Of a stretch of 64,000 nt of DNA, positions 15,755 to 24,894 are shown one piece after another. Made by a program: the position numbers and the translations under genes. Under the pieces are notes generated by a model that worked only from the letters and a program-made list of their open reading frames with translations, did no database searches and was not told the origin of the DNA. This DNA is from an uncultured Gemmatimonadales bacterium (GTDB taxonomy: Bacteria > Gemmatimonadota > Gemmatimonadetes > Gemmatimonadales > GWC2-71-9), in contig CAVSQW010000008.1 in NCBI GenBank assembly GCA_963730185.1, positions 320,001-384,000 on the forward strand. Reading direction: 5' to 3'. Every line of letters starts with the position of its first letter. Within the stretch, counting starts at the first letter, position 1.

Positions 15755-17247
15755 TCGGGCGCGCGAGCGGACTCGTCCTTCTGGTGGCCGGTGTCGCCGC
15801 CCTGCCGGTCGCGGCCCAAGGGTACCGCCTCCGGCTGGACAGCCGCTACCAGAGCGTGAGCTTTCGCGGGGTCCGGGCCGACAGCATTCTGGCGGTGGAC
15901 GCCGTGACCCGGGCGGGGCAGGGATACTTCACGACCGACGGCTTCGCGGTCTCGTGCGCTCAGGGAGCGGTCTACTGCTACTTCCTCCGGCCTGGCGACA
16001 AGCTCCGCGGGAACCCGGTGAGCGGCACCGGCGACCTCACGCTCTGGGGCTTCGGGGTCACGGGTCTCACGTTCCATGCCTCGGCCCGGTTCGCGCGGGA
16101 CCTGAGCAGCCAGGTGGACTACCCCCTGACCGAGCCGGCCGTGACCCTGCTCGAGGGGTATCTCGACTACAACAGCCGCCACCTGGTGGGTCGAGCCGGG
16201 CGCCAGATCGTCACCGGCCGGCTCGGATACCAGGGCTTCGACGGCGCGCTCGGGACGTTGCGCGACCCGGCCCGAGGCATCGAGGTGACGGGCTACGCGG
16301 GTTGGGGGCTGGCTCGGGGTACCGCGCTCCCGGTCACCAGCCCGGCCCTCAATCCGTTGGACGACTTCCAACCGCGGAACCGGCAGCTGCTCTTCGGCGC
16401 CCAGCTGGGCGTCCGGCATGCCTGGGTGGATTTCCGCGCCGACTATCGGCGGGAGATCGACCCGGTGCCGGACTACCTGGTCTCGGAACGGGCCTCCGCG
16501 AGCCTCTCTCTTTCGCCGCTTCCCGGGTGGCGGTTGACCGGCGGCGGCGACTATGACTTCGCCAACGGCTGGTGGGGCAGCGCCGATGCGACGCTCGGCT
16601 ATGCCGGCAAGCGCTTCTATGCGACCGCGACCGCCAGGCGCTACCGCCCGTTCTTCGATCTCTGGACCATCTGGGGGGCGTTCTCGCCGGTGCCCTATCA
16701 TGCCGTGTCCGGCGCCGCCGCCGTCCAGCCGGTCGAGCACCTCTGGGTTCGGGCTAGCGGAGAGCGGTACTGGTTCGAGGCTTCGGAGGCCTCGACGGCG
16801 CTCGTCTCGGTCGAGGATCGCGGGTGGCGGGGATCGGTGGGTGCGTCGTTGACGCTCGCCGACCGCTGGACGTTCGACGCCGGGCTCCGGGGAGAGTTCG
16901 GCCCGGGCGCCGCCTCCCGAACGGTCGAGGGCTCGGTCACCTGGCAGGCGCGGGACGGCGTGAGCCTGTCCACCCAGGTCGCGACTTTGGCCCGGCCGCT
17001 GGAGTTCCGCTACGACCAGAGCAACCTCGACTGGTATTCGGTCGGCGCGGACGTCCGGCTCAACGGCCAGTGGCGCTGGGTGTCCGACCTGGCTTGGGTG
17101 TCCGAGAGACGCAATCGTCCCGACGCGGCCGCCATCGACTGGGGGCAGTTCCGGGCCAGCACCCGGATCGTGCTCACCCTCGGATCGAGCGCCGATCGCC
17201 TCGCGTTGCCGCCGGGCCGCCCGCGGCCGAAGGGAGCGACGCCATGA
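15751..17247 (+). CDS. Predicted outer-membrane beta-barrel (porin-like) protein
   Basis: GTGA overlap; signal peptide ending PVAA-Q; alternating amphipathic, aromatic-rich strands (LEGYLDY, RAGRQ); no heme motifs; lies between cytochrome genes. Confidence 0.7.
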   Translation: MIGRASGLVLLVAGVAALPVAAQGYRLRLDSRYQSVSFRGVRADSILAVDAVTRAGQGYFTTDGFAVSCAQGAVYCYFLRPGDKLRGNPVSGTGDLTLWGFGVTGLTFHASARFARDLSSQVDYPLTEPAVTLLEGYLDYNSRHLVGRAGRQIVTGRLGYQGFDGALGTLRDPARGIEVTGYAGWGLARGTALPVTSPALNPLDDFQPRNRQLLFGAQLGVRHAWVDFRADYRREIDPVPDYLVSERASASLSLSPLPGWRLTGGGDYDFANGWWGSADATLGYAGKRFYATATARRYRPFFDLWTIWGAFSPVPYHAVSGAAAVQPVEHLWVRASGERYWFEASEASTALVSVEDRGWRGSVGASLTLADRWTFDAGLRGEFGPGAASRTVEGSVTWQARDGVSLSTQVATLARPLEFRYDQSNLDWYSVGADVRLNGQWRWVSDLAWVSERRNRPDAAAIDWGQFRASTRIVLTLGSSADRLALPPGRPRPKGATP

Positions 17248-18725
17248 GGGCGCTTCGGATCGGTCTCGCGCTCGGTCTGGGGTGGGCCTTGCTCGGCGGA
17301 GCGGCCAGGGCCGATGCTCAGCGTCCGGACACCGCGCGGTGGGATCACGCCCGCCACGCCAAGGTGTTCCCCAACTGTCTGATCTGTCACGCGGGCGCCG
17401 CCGAGGCAGGGGCGCCGATGTTCCCGGCTCCGGTTGCCTGCCAGGCCTGCCACGATGGGACCGTCGAGCCGCGGATCAGCTGGGAGCCCCGGGTTGGGCC
17501 CCGGCCCAGCAACCTGACCTTCGATCACGCCCGCCACCGGGCCGCGTTCGCCCGCGGCGCCAGTCGCCATCCGGGCCGCGAAGCCCCCCAGTGCGTCACC
17601 TGCCACATCCCGGAGGGGGCCGGTTGGATGCGGGTCCAGCGCGCCGTGGTGCCGCGCTGTCTCGATTGCCACGAGGTGCGGACCGAGCACTTCGCGGCTC
17701 CGGACACGGCCTGCGCCACCTGCCACCGACCGCTGGCCGACGCGCCCAACCTGCCCGACGCGAAGATCGCGGCTCTCAAGGCGCCGCCGTCGCACCAGGC
17801 CCCGGGCTTCGTGGGGAGCGGCCCGACCAGTCACGGGCAACTCGCCCGGTCGCTGGACCGCTCGCACGGGTACGAGGTGGCGCGGAGCTGTGCCACCTGT
17901 CACGCCCGGGATTTCTGTCTCGACTGTCACGTCAACGCGCCAGAGACCGAGGCGATCCAGGATCTGAAGCCCGATCCGCGTTCGCTCCTGATCCCGGCCA
18001 AGCTCGAAGCACCGGCTTCTCATCATCGGGCCGACTTCGCCCGGAAGCACGGCTCGTTGGCGGGCAAACAGGGTGAGCGGTGCGTCGTCTGTCACACCCG
18101 CGAGAGCTGTGCGACCTGCCACGCCGGCACCCTCCCGGCGGCCGCCGCCTCGCTCGCCATGGCCGGTCCTGGCCGGGCACCCGGGGCCAAGACGGTCCGC
18201 CGGCGGCCGCGCTCGCACGGCGCCGGCTGGGACGAGCACCATGCCTCGCTGGCCGACGCCGCCCCGACGACCTGCCTGAGCTGCCACGTCCGGTCCACCT
18301 GCCTCGAATGTCACCGACCGGCCGCCGGCCAGCGGAACGGGTTCCACCCCGTGGGCTTCCTGGCTTCTCACCCGGCCGCCGCGTACAACCGCCAATCCAA
18401 CTGCGCCGACTGCCACAATCAGGCCCAGTTCTGCGCGACCTGTCATGCTCAGGCCGGGCTCAGCGCTCGGGTGGGGCTCGGGACGGCCGAGCGCTACCAC
18501 GACGCCAAGGGCGTCTTCATTCTCGGCCACGGTCAGGCCGCCAGGCAGAACCTCGAGACCTGCGTCAGCTGCCACGTGGAGCGCGATTGCCTCAAGTGCC
18601 ACGCGGCCCTGGGCGGGCGGCGGTTCAACCCGCACGGCCCGGGCTTCGACCCGGAGCGGCTCCGCAAGAAGAACCCGGAGATGTGCATCGCCTGCCACGG
18701 CCTGGCGATACCGGGTAGTGAGTAG
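17244..18725 (+). CDS. Periplasmic/exported 16-heme cytochrome c
   Basis: ATGA overlap; signal peptide ending ADA-Q; 16 CxxCH, mostly in repeated H...H...CxxCH-x4-5-CxxCH modules. Confidence 0.9.
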   Translation: MRALRIGLALGLGWALLGGAARADAQRPDTARWDHARHAKVFPNCLICHAGAAEAGAPMFPAPVACQACHDGTVEPRISWEPRVGPRPSNLTFDHARHRAAFARGASRHPGREAPQCVTCHIPEGAGWMRVQRAVVPRCLDCHEVRTEHFAAPDTACATCHRPLADAPNLPDAKIAALKAPPSHQAPGFVGSGPTSHGQLARSLDRSHGYEVARSCATCHARDFCLDCHVNAPETEAIQDLKPDPRSLLIPAKLEAPASHHRADFARKHGSLAGKQGERCVVCHTRESCATCHAGTLPAAAASLAMAGPGRAPGAKTVRRRPRSHGAGWDEHHASLADAAPTTCLSCHVRSTCLECHRPAAGQRNGFHPVGFLASHPAAAYNRQSNCADCHNQAQFCATCHAQAGLSARVGLGTAERYHDAKGVFILGHGQAARQNLETCVSCHVERDCLKCHAALGGRRFNPHGPGFDPERLRKKNPEMCIACHGLAIPGSE

Positions 18726-18917
18726 GGAATAGGGAGTGGGGAGCAGGGAGGGAGTGGGGGGAGTAGGGGAGGGAGTGGAGGGGAGGGAGTAGGTGGACGC
18801 TCGGTACCGGCTCCTCCCACTTCCCACTCCCCTACTCCCCCTACTCCCCACTACTCCCTTCCCTACTCCCCACTCCCAACTCCCTCCCTATTCCCCACTC
18901 ACAACTCCCTATTCACT
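18713..18917. repeat. Degenerate short tandem repeats (GGGAGTA-like) followed by their C-rich complement
   Basis: G-rich block at about 18713-18794 and C-rich block at about 18811-18917; forms an imperfect long inverted repeat. Confidence 0.75.
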
Positions 18918-18932
18918 AAACTACGTTTCACC

Positions 18933-19394
18933 ATGTGCGAGATCGCGGTCAACGGCATCGTCCGGGAACTGCCGGCGACGGTGTGGCTTTCCCTCCTCGA
19001 CTTCCTTCGTAACCACCTGGGGCTCACCGGCGCCAAGCCGGGGTGCCGCGAGGGGGAGTGCGGCGCCTGCACCGTGCTCGTCGACGGGCGTCCGGTGCTC
19101 TCCTGCCTGACCCTCGCCCGATCGGCGGAGGGCGCCAGCGTGACGACCATCGAAGGGCTGGCCGACGGCGAGCGGCTTCACCCCGTCCAGCGCGCCTTCA
19201 TCGAGCACGACGCGTTGCAGTGCGGCTACTGCACTCCGGGACAGATCCTCTCGGCGGTGGCCTGCATCGCGGCCGGTCACGCGGATTCCGACGAGCGCGT
19301 CCGCGAGTGGATGAGCGGCAACCTCTGCCGCTGCGCCGCGTATCCCCAGATCGTGGCCGCGGTCCGGGCCGCCGGCGCGGAGCTCGGGTCGTGA
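18933..19394 (+). CDS. Xanthine dehydrogenase family 2x[2Fe-2S] subunit (YagT/PaoA-like)
   Basis: GAKPGCREGECGACTV and QCGYCTPGQ...GNLCRCAAY; no Tat leader. Confidence 0.9.
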   Translation: MCEIAVNGIVRELPATVWLSLLDFLRNHLGLTGAKPGCREGECGACTVLVDGRPVLSCLTLARSAEGASVTTIEGLADGERLHPVQRAFIEHDALQCGYCTPGQILSAVACIAAGHADSDERVREWMSGNLCRCAAYPQIVAAVRAAGAELGS

Positions 19395-20371
19395 CCGATC
19401 TGGCCTACCTTCGTCCCACTTCCGTCGCGGAGGCGGTGGCGCTCACCGCCGTCGACGCGACGGCTCGGTTCCTGGCCGGAGGGACGGAGCTGATTCCGGG
19501 GATGCGCCAGGGCTTGGCCCGTCCGGCGACCCTGGTCGACATCACCCGCTTGCCGCTCCGGGGCGTCGAGCGGCGCGACGGCGGGCTGCGGATCGGGGCC
19601 CTGACCCGGCTGGTCGACGTCGCCGCGGACCGCGAGGTCCGGCGGACCGCCCCGGTCTTGGCGCGCGCCATCGAGCTGGCCGCGAGCCCTCAGCTCCGCC
19701 AGATGGCCACCCTGGGTGGCAACCTGCTTCAGGAAACCCGGTGTCCCGTTTTTCGAGCTGGGCCGGGCCTACCCTGCAACCGGCGGGTTCCGGGGAGCGG
19801 CTGCCCGGTCCGAGCCGGCAACCAACGGTCCGCGGCGATTCTCGGAGCGACCGAGGCGTGTGTCGCCACCCATCCGTCCGATCCCGCCGTGGCGCTGGTT
19901 GCCCTCGATGCCCGGGTCACGGTCCTGAGCCCCGCCGGCGAGCGGGAGACGACCGTCGAAGCCCTCCTCGCCCGGCCGCCGGAGCAGGGCGTTCGGCTGG
20001 CGCCGGGAGAGCTGATCACCGCCGTCGACCTGCCCCTGACCGAGCCGGGCTGGGCGTCCGACTACGTCAAGGTTCGGGATCGCGCGTCCTTCGATTTTGC
20101 CCTCGTCTCCGCCGCCGCCTCGCTCCGAATGGCCGGCGGGCGGATCAGAGCGGTCCGGCTGGTGCTCGGCGGCGTGGCGCCCTGGCCCTGGCGATGCCGG
20201 GTGGCCGAGGGGCGGCTCGCCGAGAGCCGCCTGGACCGGGGCGCGCTGCGAGCGGCGTTCGACGCCGAGCTGGCCGCCGCGGCTCCCCTGCCGGGCAACG
20301 AGTTCAAGGTCCAGCTGGCCGCCGAGGCTGGGGTCCGGGCGTTGGTGAGCGCGGCGGGAGGGGCCGGGTGA
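19391..20371 (+). CDS. Xanthine dehydrogenase family FAD subunit with [4Fe-4S] insert (YagS/PaoB-like)
   Basis: LAGGTEL, ASPQLRQMATLGGNL, RC...CNRR..GSGC...CVATHPSD and KVRDRASFDFA. Confidence 0.9.
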   Translation: MTDLAYLRPTSVAEAVALTAVDATARFLAGGTELIPGMRQGLARPATLVDITRLPLRGVERRDGGLRIGALTRLVDVAADREVRRTAPVLARAIELAASPQLRQMATLGGNLLQETRCPVFRAGPGLPCNRRVPGSGCPVRAGNQRSAAILGATEACVATHPSDPAVALVALDARVTVLSPAGERETTVEALLARPPEQGVRLAPGELITAVDLPLTEPGWASDYVKVRDRASFDFALVSAAASLRMAGGRIRAVRLVLGGVAPWPWRCRVAEGRLAESRLDRGALRAAFDAELAAAAPLPGNEFKVQLAAEAGVRALVSAAGGAG

Positions 20372-22479
20372 GCGCGATCGGCGTCCCGACCCGGCGGGTG
20401 GACGGGCCGGACAAGGTCACCGGGAGGGCCCGGTTCGTGGGCGACCTGGAATTCGACGGTCTGCTCGACGGCGGCTTCGTCCCGAGCCCGGTGCCCGCCG
20501 GGCGGATCTTGGCGATCGACGTCGGCGCCGCGCGGCGGGCCCCGGGCGTGGTGGCCGTGTACACTCACGAGAACGTCCCTCGCCTGCCCCCGCTGGAGCA
20601 CTGGGCCCTGGGCCAGACTCGGATGCCGCTCCAGTCCGACGAGGTGAAATACGAGGGAGAGCCGGTGGCCCTGGTGCTGGCCGAGTCGGGCATGGCGGCC
20701 CACCTGGCCGCCCGGCTGGTGCGGGTCGAGATCGAGCCCGCGGCCGCTCGGCTGGACCTCGAGGCGTTGGCGGCCGAGGCCGTGGAGATCAAGGACTGGG
20801 CGCCCAATACCTCGAGCGTGGGCGACGTGGACCGGGGGCTCCGGGAGGCGGCGGTCCAGGTCGACCAGACCTACCGGACCGCCGACCGCCACCACTCGGC
20901 GCTGGAGACGTCGGTGGCGGTCGCCCGGTGGACCGGTGACCAGCTCGAGCTCTGGACCTCCACCCAGTGGGTGGGCGGGGTGCGATCGGCCTTGGCCGAG
21001 GCCCTCGGTGTGCCGGCCGAGCGGATCAGGGTTCGGGGCGCGCAGGTGGGGGGTGGCTTCGGCGCCAAGGGCTCGACCTGGCCGCACGAGGTGTACGCCG
21101 CCGTCGCGGCCCGGGCACTGGGGCGTCCGGTGCGGATCGCCCTGACCCGGGCCGAAACGTTCACGGCCCATGGCTATCAGCCCGGGACGATCCAGCGGGT
21201 GACACTCGGCGCGGACCGGGATGGCCATCTGACCGCAATCCGCCACGAGAGCATCGCCTCGGCGGCGATGGCCGACGACTACGTGGAGCACGGGAGCCTG
21301 GGCTCTCGCTCGATGTACGCCTGTCCCAACATCGCCACCCGGGACCGGGCGGTCCGGCTTCACAAGCCGCAGCCCACCTTCATGCGGGCGCCGCACGAAG
21401 GGCCGGGCATGGTGGCGCTCGAGGTGGCGATGGACGAGCTGGCGGGCGCGCTCGAGCTCGACCCGGTGGAGCTTCGGCTCCGGAACTACGCCGACGCCGA
21501 TCCGACCAGCGGCAAGCCGTTCTCCAGCAAGGCCCTCCGGGAATGCTACCGGCTCGGCGCCGAACGCTTCGGATGGAGGGAACGGAACCCGCCGCCTCGG
21601 AGCATGCGACAGGGCGGAGAGCTGGTGGGCTGGGGGATGGCCAGCGCCCTGATGAGCACCTTCCGCTTCGGCTCCAGCGCGCGGGTGACGATCCAGCGCG
21701 ACGGCACCGCCTTGGTGGAGAGCGCCACCCACGACATCGGGAGCGGTGTCCCCACCATGCTGGCCCAGGTCGCGGCCGACGCGCTGGGCATCGACTCCGC
21801 CCGGGTCGAAGTGGCGTTCGGCGACACCGCGCTCCCGGAGGCCGGCGGCACCTTCGGGTCGGCCACGACGATCGGGGTCGGATCCGCGGTCCGGGTCGCG
21901 TCCGAACGGCTTCGCAAGAAGCTGGAGGAGCTGGCCGGCGAGCCCGATCTCCGCCCGGACGAGTATGGCGAGGTCTTGGCGCTCCGGCGGCTGGACCAGG
22001 TGGCGGAGGTCGCGAGCTGGGCACCGACCCAGGAGGAGAACGCCTGGGCGATGAACGCCTACGGCGCGGTCTTCGTCGAGGTCCGTCTCGACGAGGCCTT
22101 CCTGGTGCCGCGGGTGACCCGGTGCCTGGGCGTCTACAGCGTGGGGCGGATCATCAATCCGCTGGGTGCCCGGAGTCAGGTCGTCGGCGGCCTCGTCTGG
22201 GGTGTCGGCCAGGCCCTGCTGGAGGACTCGGCCTTCGACGTCCGGCTGGGACGGTTCCCGAAGAGCTTCGGCGGCTACCGCCTGCCGGTCTCCGCCGACG
22301 TGCCGTCGGTCGAGGCGCTGTTCGTCGCCGAGGACGACCGCCGGGCCAGCGCCTTGGGCGCCCGGGGCGTGGGCGAGATCGGGACGATCGGCATTGGCGC
22401 CGCCGTGGCCAACGCGGTCCACCACGCGACCGGGGTGCGGGTCCGCCGGCTCCCGATCCGGACCGAGGACCTTCGTTAG
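20368..22479 (+). CDS. Xanthine dehydrogenase family molybdopterin subunit (YagR/PaoC-like)
   Basis: RVDGPDKVTG, VGGGFGAKG, MRAP, AGGTFGS and GARGVGEIG. Confidence 0.9.
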   Translation: MSAIGVPTRRVDGPDKVTGRARFVGDLEFDGLLDGGFVPSPVPAGRILAIDVGAARRAPGVVAVYTHENVPRLPPLEHWALGQTRMPLQSDEVKYEGEPVALVLAESGMAAHLAARLVRVEIEPAAARLDLEALAAEAVEIKDWAPNTSSVGDVDRGLREAAVQVDQTYRTADRHHSALETSVAVARWTGDQLELWTSTQWVGGVRSALAEALGVPAERIRVRGAQVGGGFGAKGSTWPHEVYAAVAARALGRPVRIALTRAETFTAHGYQPGTIQRVTLGADRDGHLTAIRHESIASAAMADDYVEHGSLGSRSMYACPNIATRDRAVRLHKPQPTFMRAPHEGPGMVALEVAMDELAGALELDPVELRLRNYADADPTSGKPFSSKALRECYRLGAERFGWRERNPPPRSMRQGGELVGWGMASALMSTFRFGSSARVTIQRDGTALVESATHDIGSGVPTMLAQVAADALGIDSARVEVAFGDTALPEAGGTFGSATTIGVGSAVRVASERLRKKLEELAGEPDLRPDEYGEVLALRRLDQVAEVASWAPTQEENAWAMNAYGAVFVEVRLDEAFLVPRVTRCLGVYSVGRIINPLGARSQVVGGLVWGVGQALLEDSAFDVRLGRFPKSFGGYRLPVSADVPSVEALFVAEDDRRASALGARGVGEIGTIGIGAAVANAVHHATGVRVRRLPIRTEDLR

Positions 22480-22481
22480 GC

Positions 22482-24158
22482 ATGGCCCGGAGGACGCTCG
22501 GGCGGGCGGTGCTGATGGCGGCGATGGCCGCGGCCCTCGGGCCCGGCGGCCTGTTCGCCCAGCGGCCGGCCCGGGCCTCCCTCGGGCCGGTGGAGCGGCT
22601 CTTCGATTCGGTGCGCTATCTCGGCGACCAACTCGACGTCACCCGAACCCGGGGCGCCGACCGGACCATTCACGGGGTGTCGGTCGACTCGCTGGTGGCG
22701 GCGTACGGCCGGGTCCAGCCCGCCCTGGTGCACGCTTTGCCGGCCGTCGACACCGCCGCCCTCAGCCCCGACGACCGGGCCGCGTTGGCGCGGATCAAGG
22801 TGGTGACCCGGCAGTCACTCGGGGCCGACCAGGGCGTCCCGACCGTGGCGACCGTGGGCAACGCCGCGCCCGACTGCCGCTCCGAGCCGGCCGGGTCGGG
22901 TGACGGGCGGGCCGCGCTGGATTCGCTCACCGCTCGGGTCTTCGCCTGCTACGGCGCGGCGGCCGGCCGGATCGTGGTCGACGGCGACACCCTCGACCGG
23001 CTCTCCATTCTCGGTCTCCTCGGCGCCACCGACGATCCCGCCCGGCGGGAGCGGCTCTTCCGCGCCCTGGCGCCGGTCTGGCGGTCCGTCAACGGCGACG
23101 ACGGCCCCGACAGCCCCTATCGGCGGATGGTCGCGCTCCGGCGCCAGGCGTGGGCCGGGCGGCCGACGCCGATGGCCCGGCGCGCCGCGGTCTTCGGCAT
23201 CGACGGCCCGACGTCCGAGACCTGGCTGGTCGAGGCGCTCGAGGCCTGGAGGGCCGTCCTTCCGGACACCCTGATCGAGCCCTGGAACTACTACTACCTG
23301 ACCGGCGCGGCGAGTCGACGGTTGAGTCCGCGCATCCCTCGCGATTCACTCCTGGCCTTGAACCGGCGCTTTTACCGCTCGCTCGGCGCCGATCCCGACT
23401 CGATCGGGATCCAGTACGACATCGAGCCCCGGCCGGGCAAGTATCCGGTGGCGTACACCACCTTCGGCGCCCGGTCGGTCGAACGGGAGGGGCGCTGGGT
23501 CCGGGCCGAGCCCTGGGTCTTCACCGCCTACCGGCTCGGCGGCTTCGACAACCTGCTCGAGCTGCTGCACGAGTCGGGGCACGGGATCCACATCGCCGCG
23601 ATCCGGACCCGACCGGCGTACGACGACTGGCCCGACAGCGACACCTTCACCGAGGGTATCGCCGACGTCGCCGCGCTCGAGGCCTACGAGCCGGCGTGGC
23701 AGGAGGCCTACCTCGGCGACTCGGTACCCCTGATCGAATCGCTCCGGGGCAAGTACGGCGCGGTCATGCTCGACCTCGCCTGGTCGCTCTTCGAGATCCG
23801 GGTCCACCGCCCCGGTACGGCGAGCCCCAACCAGGTTTGGACCGAGATCACCCGCGACTACCTCGACATCCGGCCCCACCCCGAGCTCTCCTGGTGGGCC
23901 ATGCGCGGGCAGCTGGTGGACTCACCTGGCTACATGCTCAACTATGCGCTGGGGGCGTTCCTGGTGGCCGACCTCCGCCGGGAGATCGAGCGCCGCTGGG
24001 GCGACTTCGCGCGCGGCGACCGGGCCTGGTACGGACGAGTGAGCGACGCGCTCTACCGCTTCGGGCACGCCCGCCCCGCGGCCCGGGTCACTCGCGATTT
24101 TCTGGGGAGGGCCACCACGCCCGACGCCCTGCTGGCCGATCTGGGACGGATCAGATGA
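22482..24158 (+). CDS. Secreted gluzincin metallopeptidase (M2/M3/M32-like)
   Basis: Signal peptide; RPGK; LLHESGH with downstream FTEGIA third ligand; YMLNYALG. Confidence 0.7.
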   Translation: MARRTLGRAVLMAAMAAALGPGGLFAQRPARASLGPVERLFDSVRYLGDQLDVTRTRGADRTIHGVSVDSLVAAYGRVQPALVHALPAVDTAALSPDDRAALARIKVVTRQSLGADQGVPTVATVGNAAPDCRSEPAGSGDGRAALDSLTARVFACYGAAAGRIVVDGDTLDRLSILGLLGATDDPARRERLFRALAPVWRSVNGDDGPDSPYRRMVALRRQAWAGRPTPMARRAAVFGIDGPTSETWLVEALEAWRAVLPDTLIEPWNYYYLTGAASRRLSPRIPRDSLLALNRRFYRSLGADPDSIGIQYDIEPRPGKYPVAYTTFGARSVEREGRWVRAEPWVFTAYRLGGFDNLLELLHESGHGIHIAAIRTRPAYDDWPDSDTFTEGIADVAALEAYEPAWQEAYLGDSVPLIESLRGKYGAVMLDLAWSLFEIRVHRPGTASPNQVWTEITRDYLDIRPHPELSWWAMRGQLVDSPGYMLNYALGAFLVADLRREIERRWGDFARGDRAWYGRVSDALYRFGHARPAARVTRDFLGRATTPDALLADLGRIR

Positions 24159-24747
24159 CCTGGACGTTGACGAAGAGCCCCAGGACGGCCGACACGCTGG
24201 CGTACTGGTCGAACACGGCGCCCGCCGGAGCCGGCGTTTCGGTGGTCAGGAACTCGCGGGAGGCGAAGTCGGTCGAGTCGGCCGTGATCCGGTCCCGGTT
24301 GCTCTTGAGGGTGAAGGAGTAGACGTACTCCTTGTTATCGACCGCCGCCGGCCCGCGGGAGGCGTTCAGGGTGTAGGTCCCCTTGGTCAGCTGGAGGTTG
24401 GTGTCCGAGGTCAGCTTGACCCAGTTGTCGTAGGCCTCGCCCGAGCCCGACTTCGAGTCGGCGATGACGCGGCCCGAGGCGCTCAGGAGCTGGTAGCGGA
24501 CCGTCCCGTCTTGGGCCACGTCGAATCCCGTCCCGTCCTTCCCCACCAGCTCACCGGTCGAGATCCGGGCGAAGCCATCGGCCGTCATCCGGAACCGGAA
24601 GTTGTCTTGCCGGTCACCGACGCTGAGCGAGGTATTGACCGACACCTTGGACCGGCCGTCCTCCAGATTGCCGATGTACCGGGCATAGGCCCGGGTATCG
24701 AACCCCACGTCCTGGGTATAGCGGCTGAGCAGGGCCACGTCGGTCAT
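24151..24747 (-). CDS. Hypothetical protein (beta-rich, possibly PPC-like fold)
   Basis: 198-aa ORF with coding-like codon usage and amino-acid composition; no signal peptide. Confidence 0.6.
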   Translation of the reverse strand: MTDVALLSRYTQDVGFDTRAYARYIGNLEDGRSKVSVNTSLSVGDRQDNFRFRMTADGFARISTGELVGKDGTGFDVAQDGTVRYQLLSASGRVIADSKSGSGEAYDNWVKLTSDTNLQLTKGTYTLNASRGPAAVDNKEYVYSFTLKSNRDRITADSTDFASREFLTTETPAPAGAVFDQYASVSAVLGLFVNVQVI

Positions 24748-24894
24748 ATAGGTGGGTATCGGCGGGGGGAGTCCGGCTCTTGAGGCGGCCGGAGGCGAAC
24801 CCCGGCGGTGGGGACGGACGCTCCGGGGTGCGCCGGCCAATCAAGGCGGCCAAGGGCACAAGCCGGGGGAGGCCGGCGGGGGCCTCCGAAGCGT

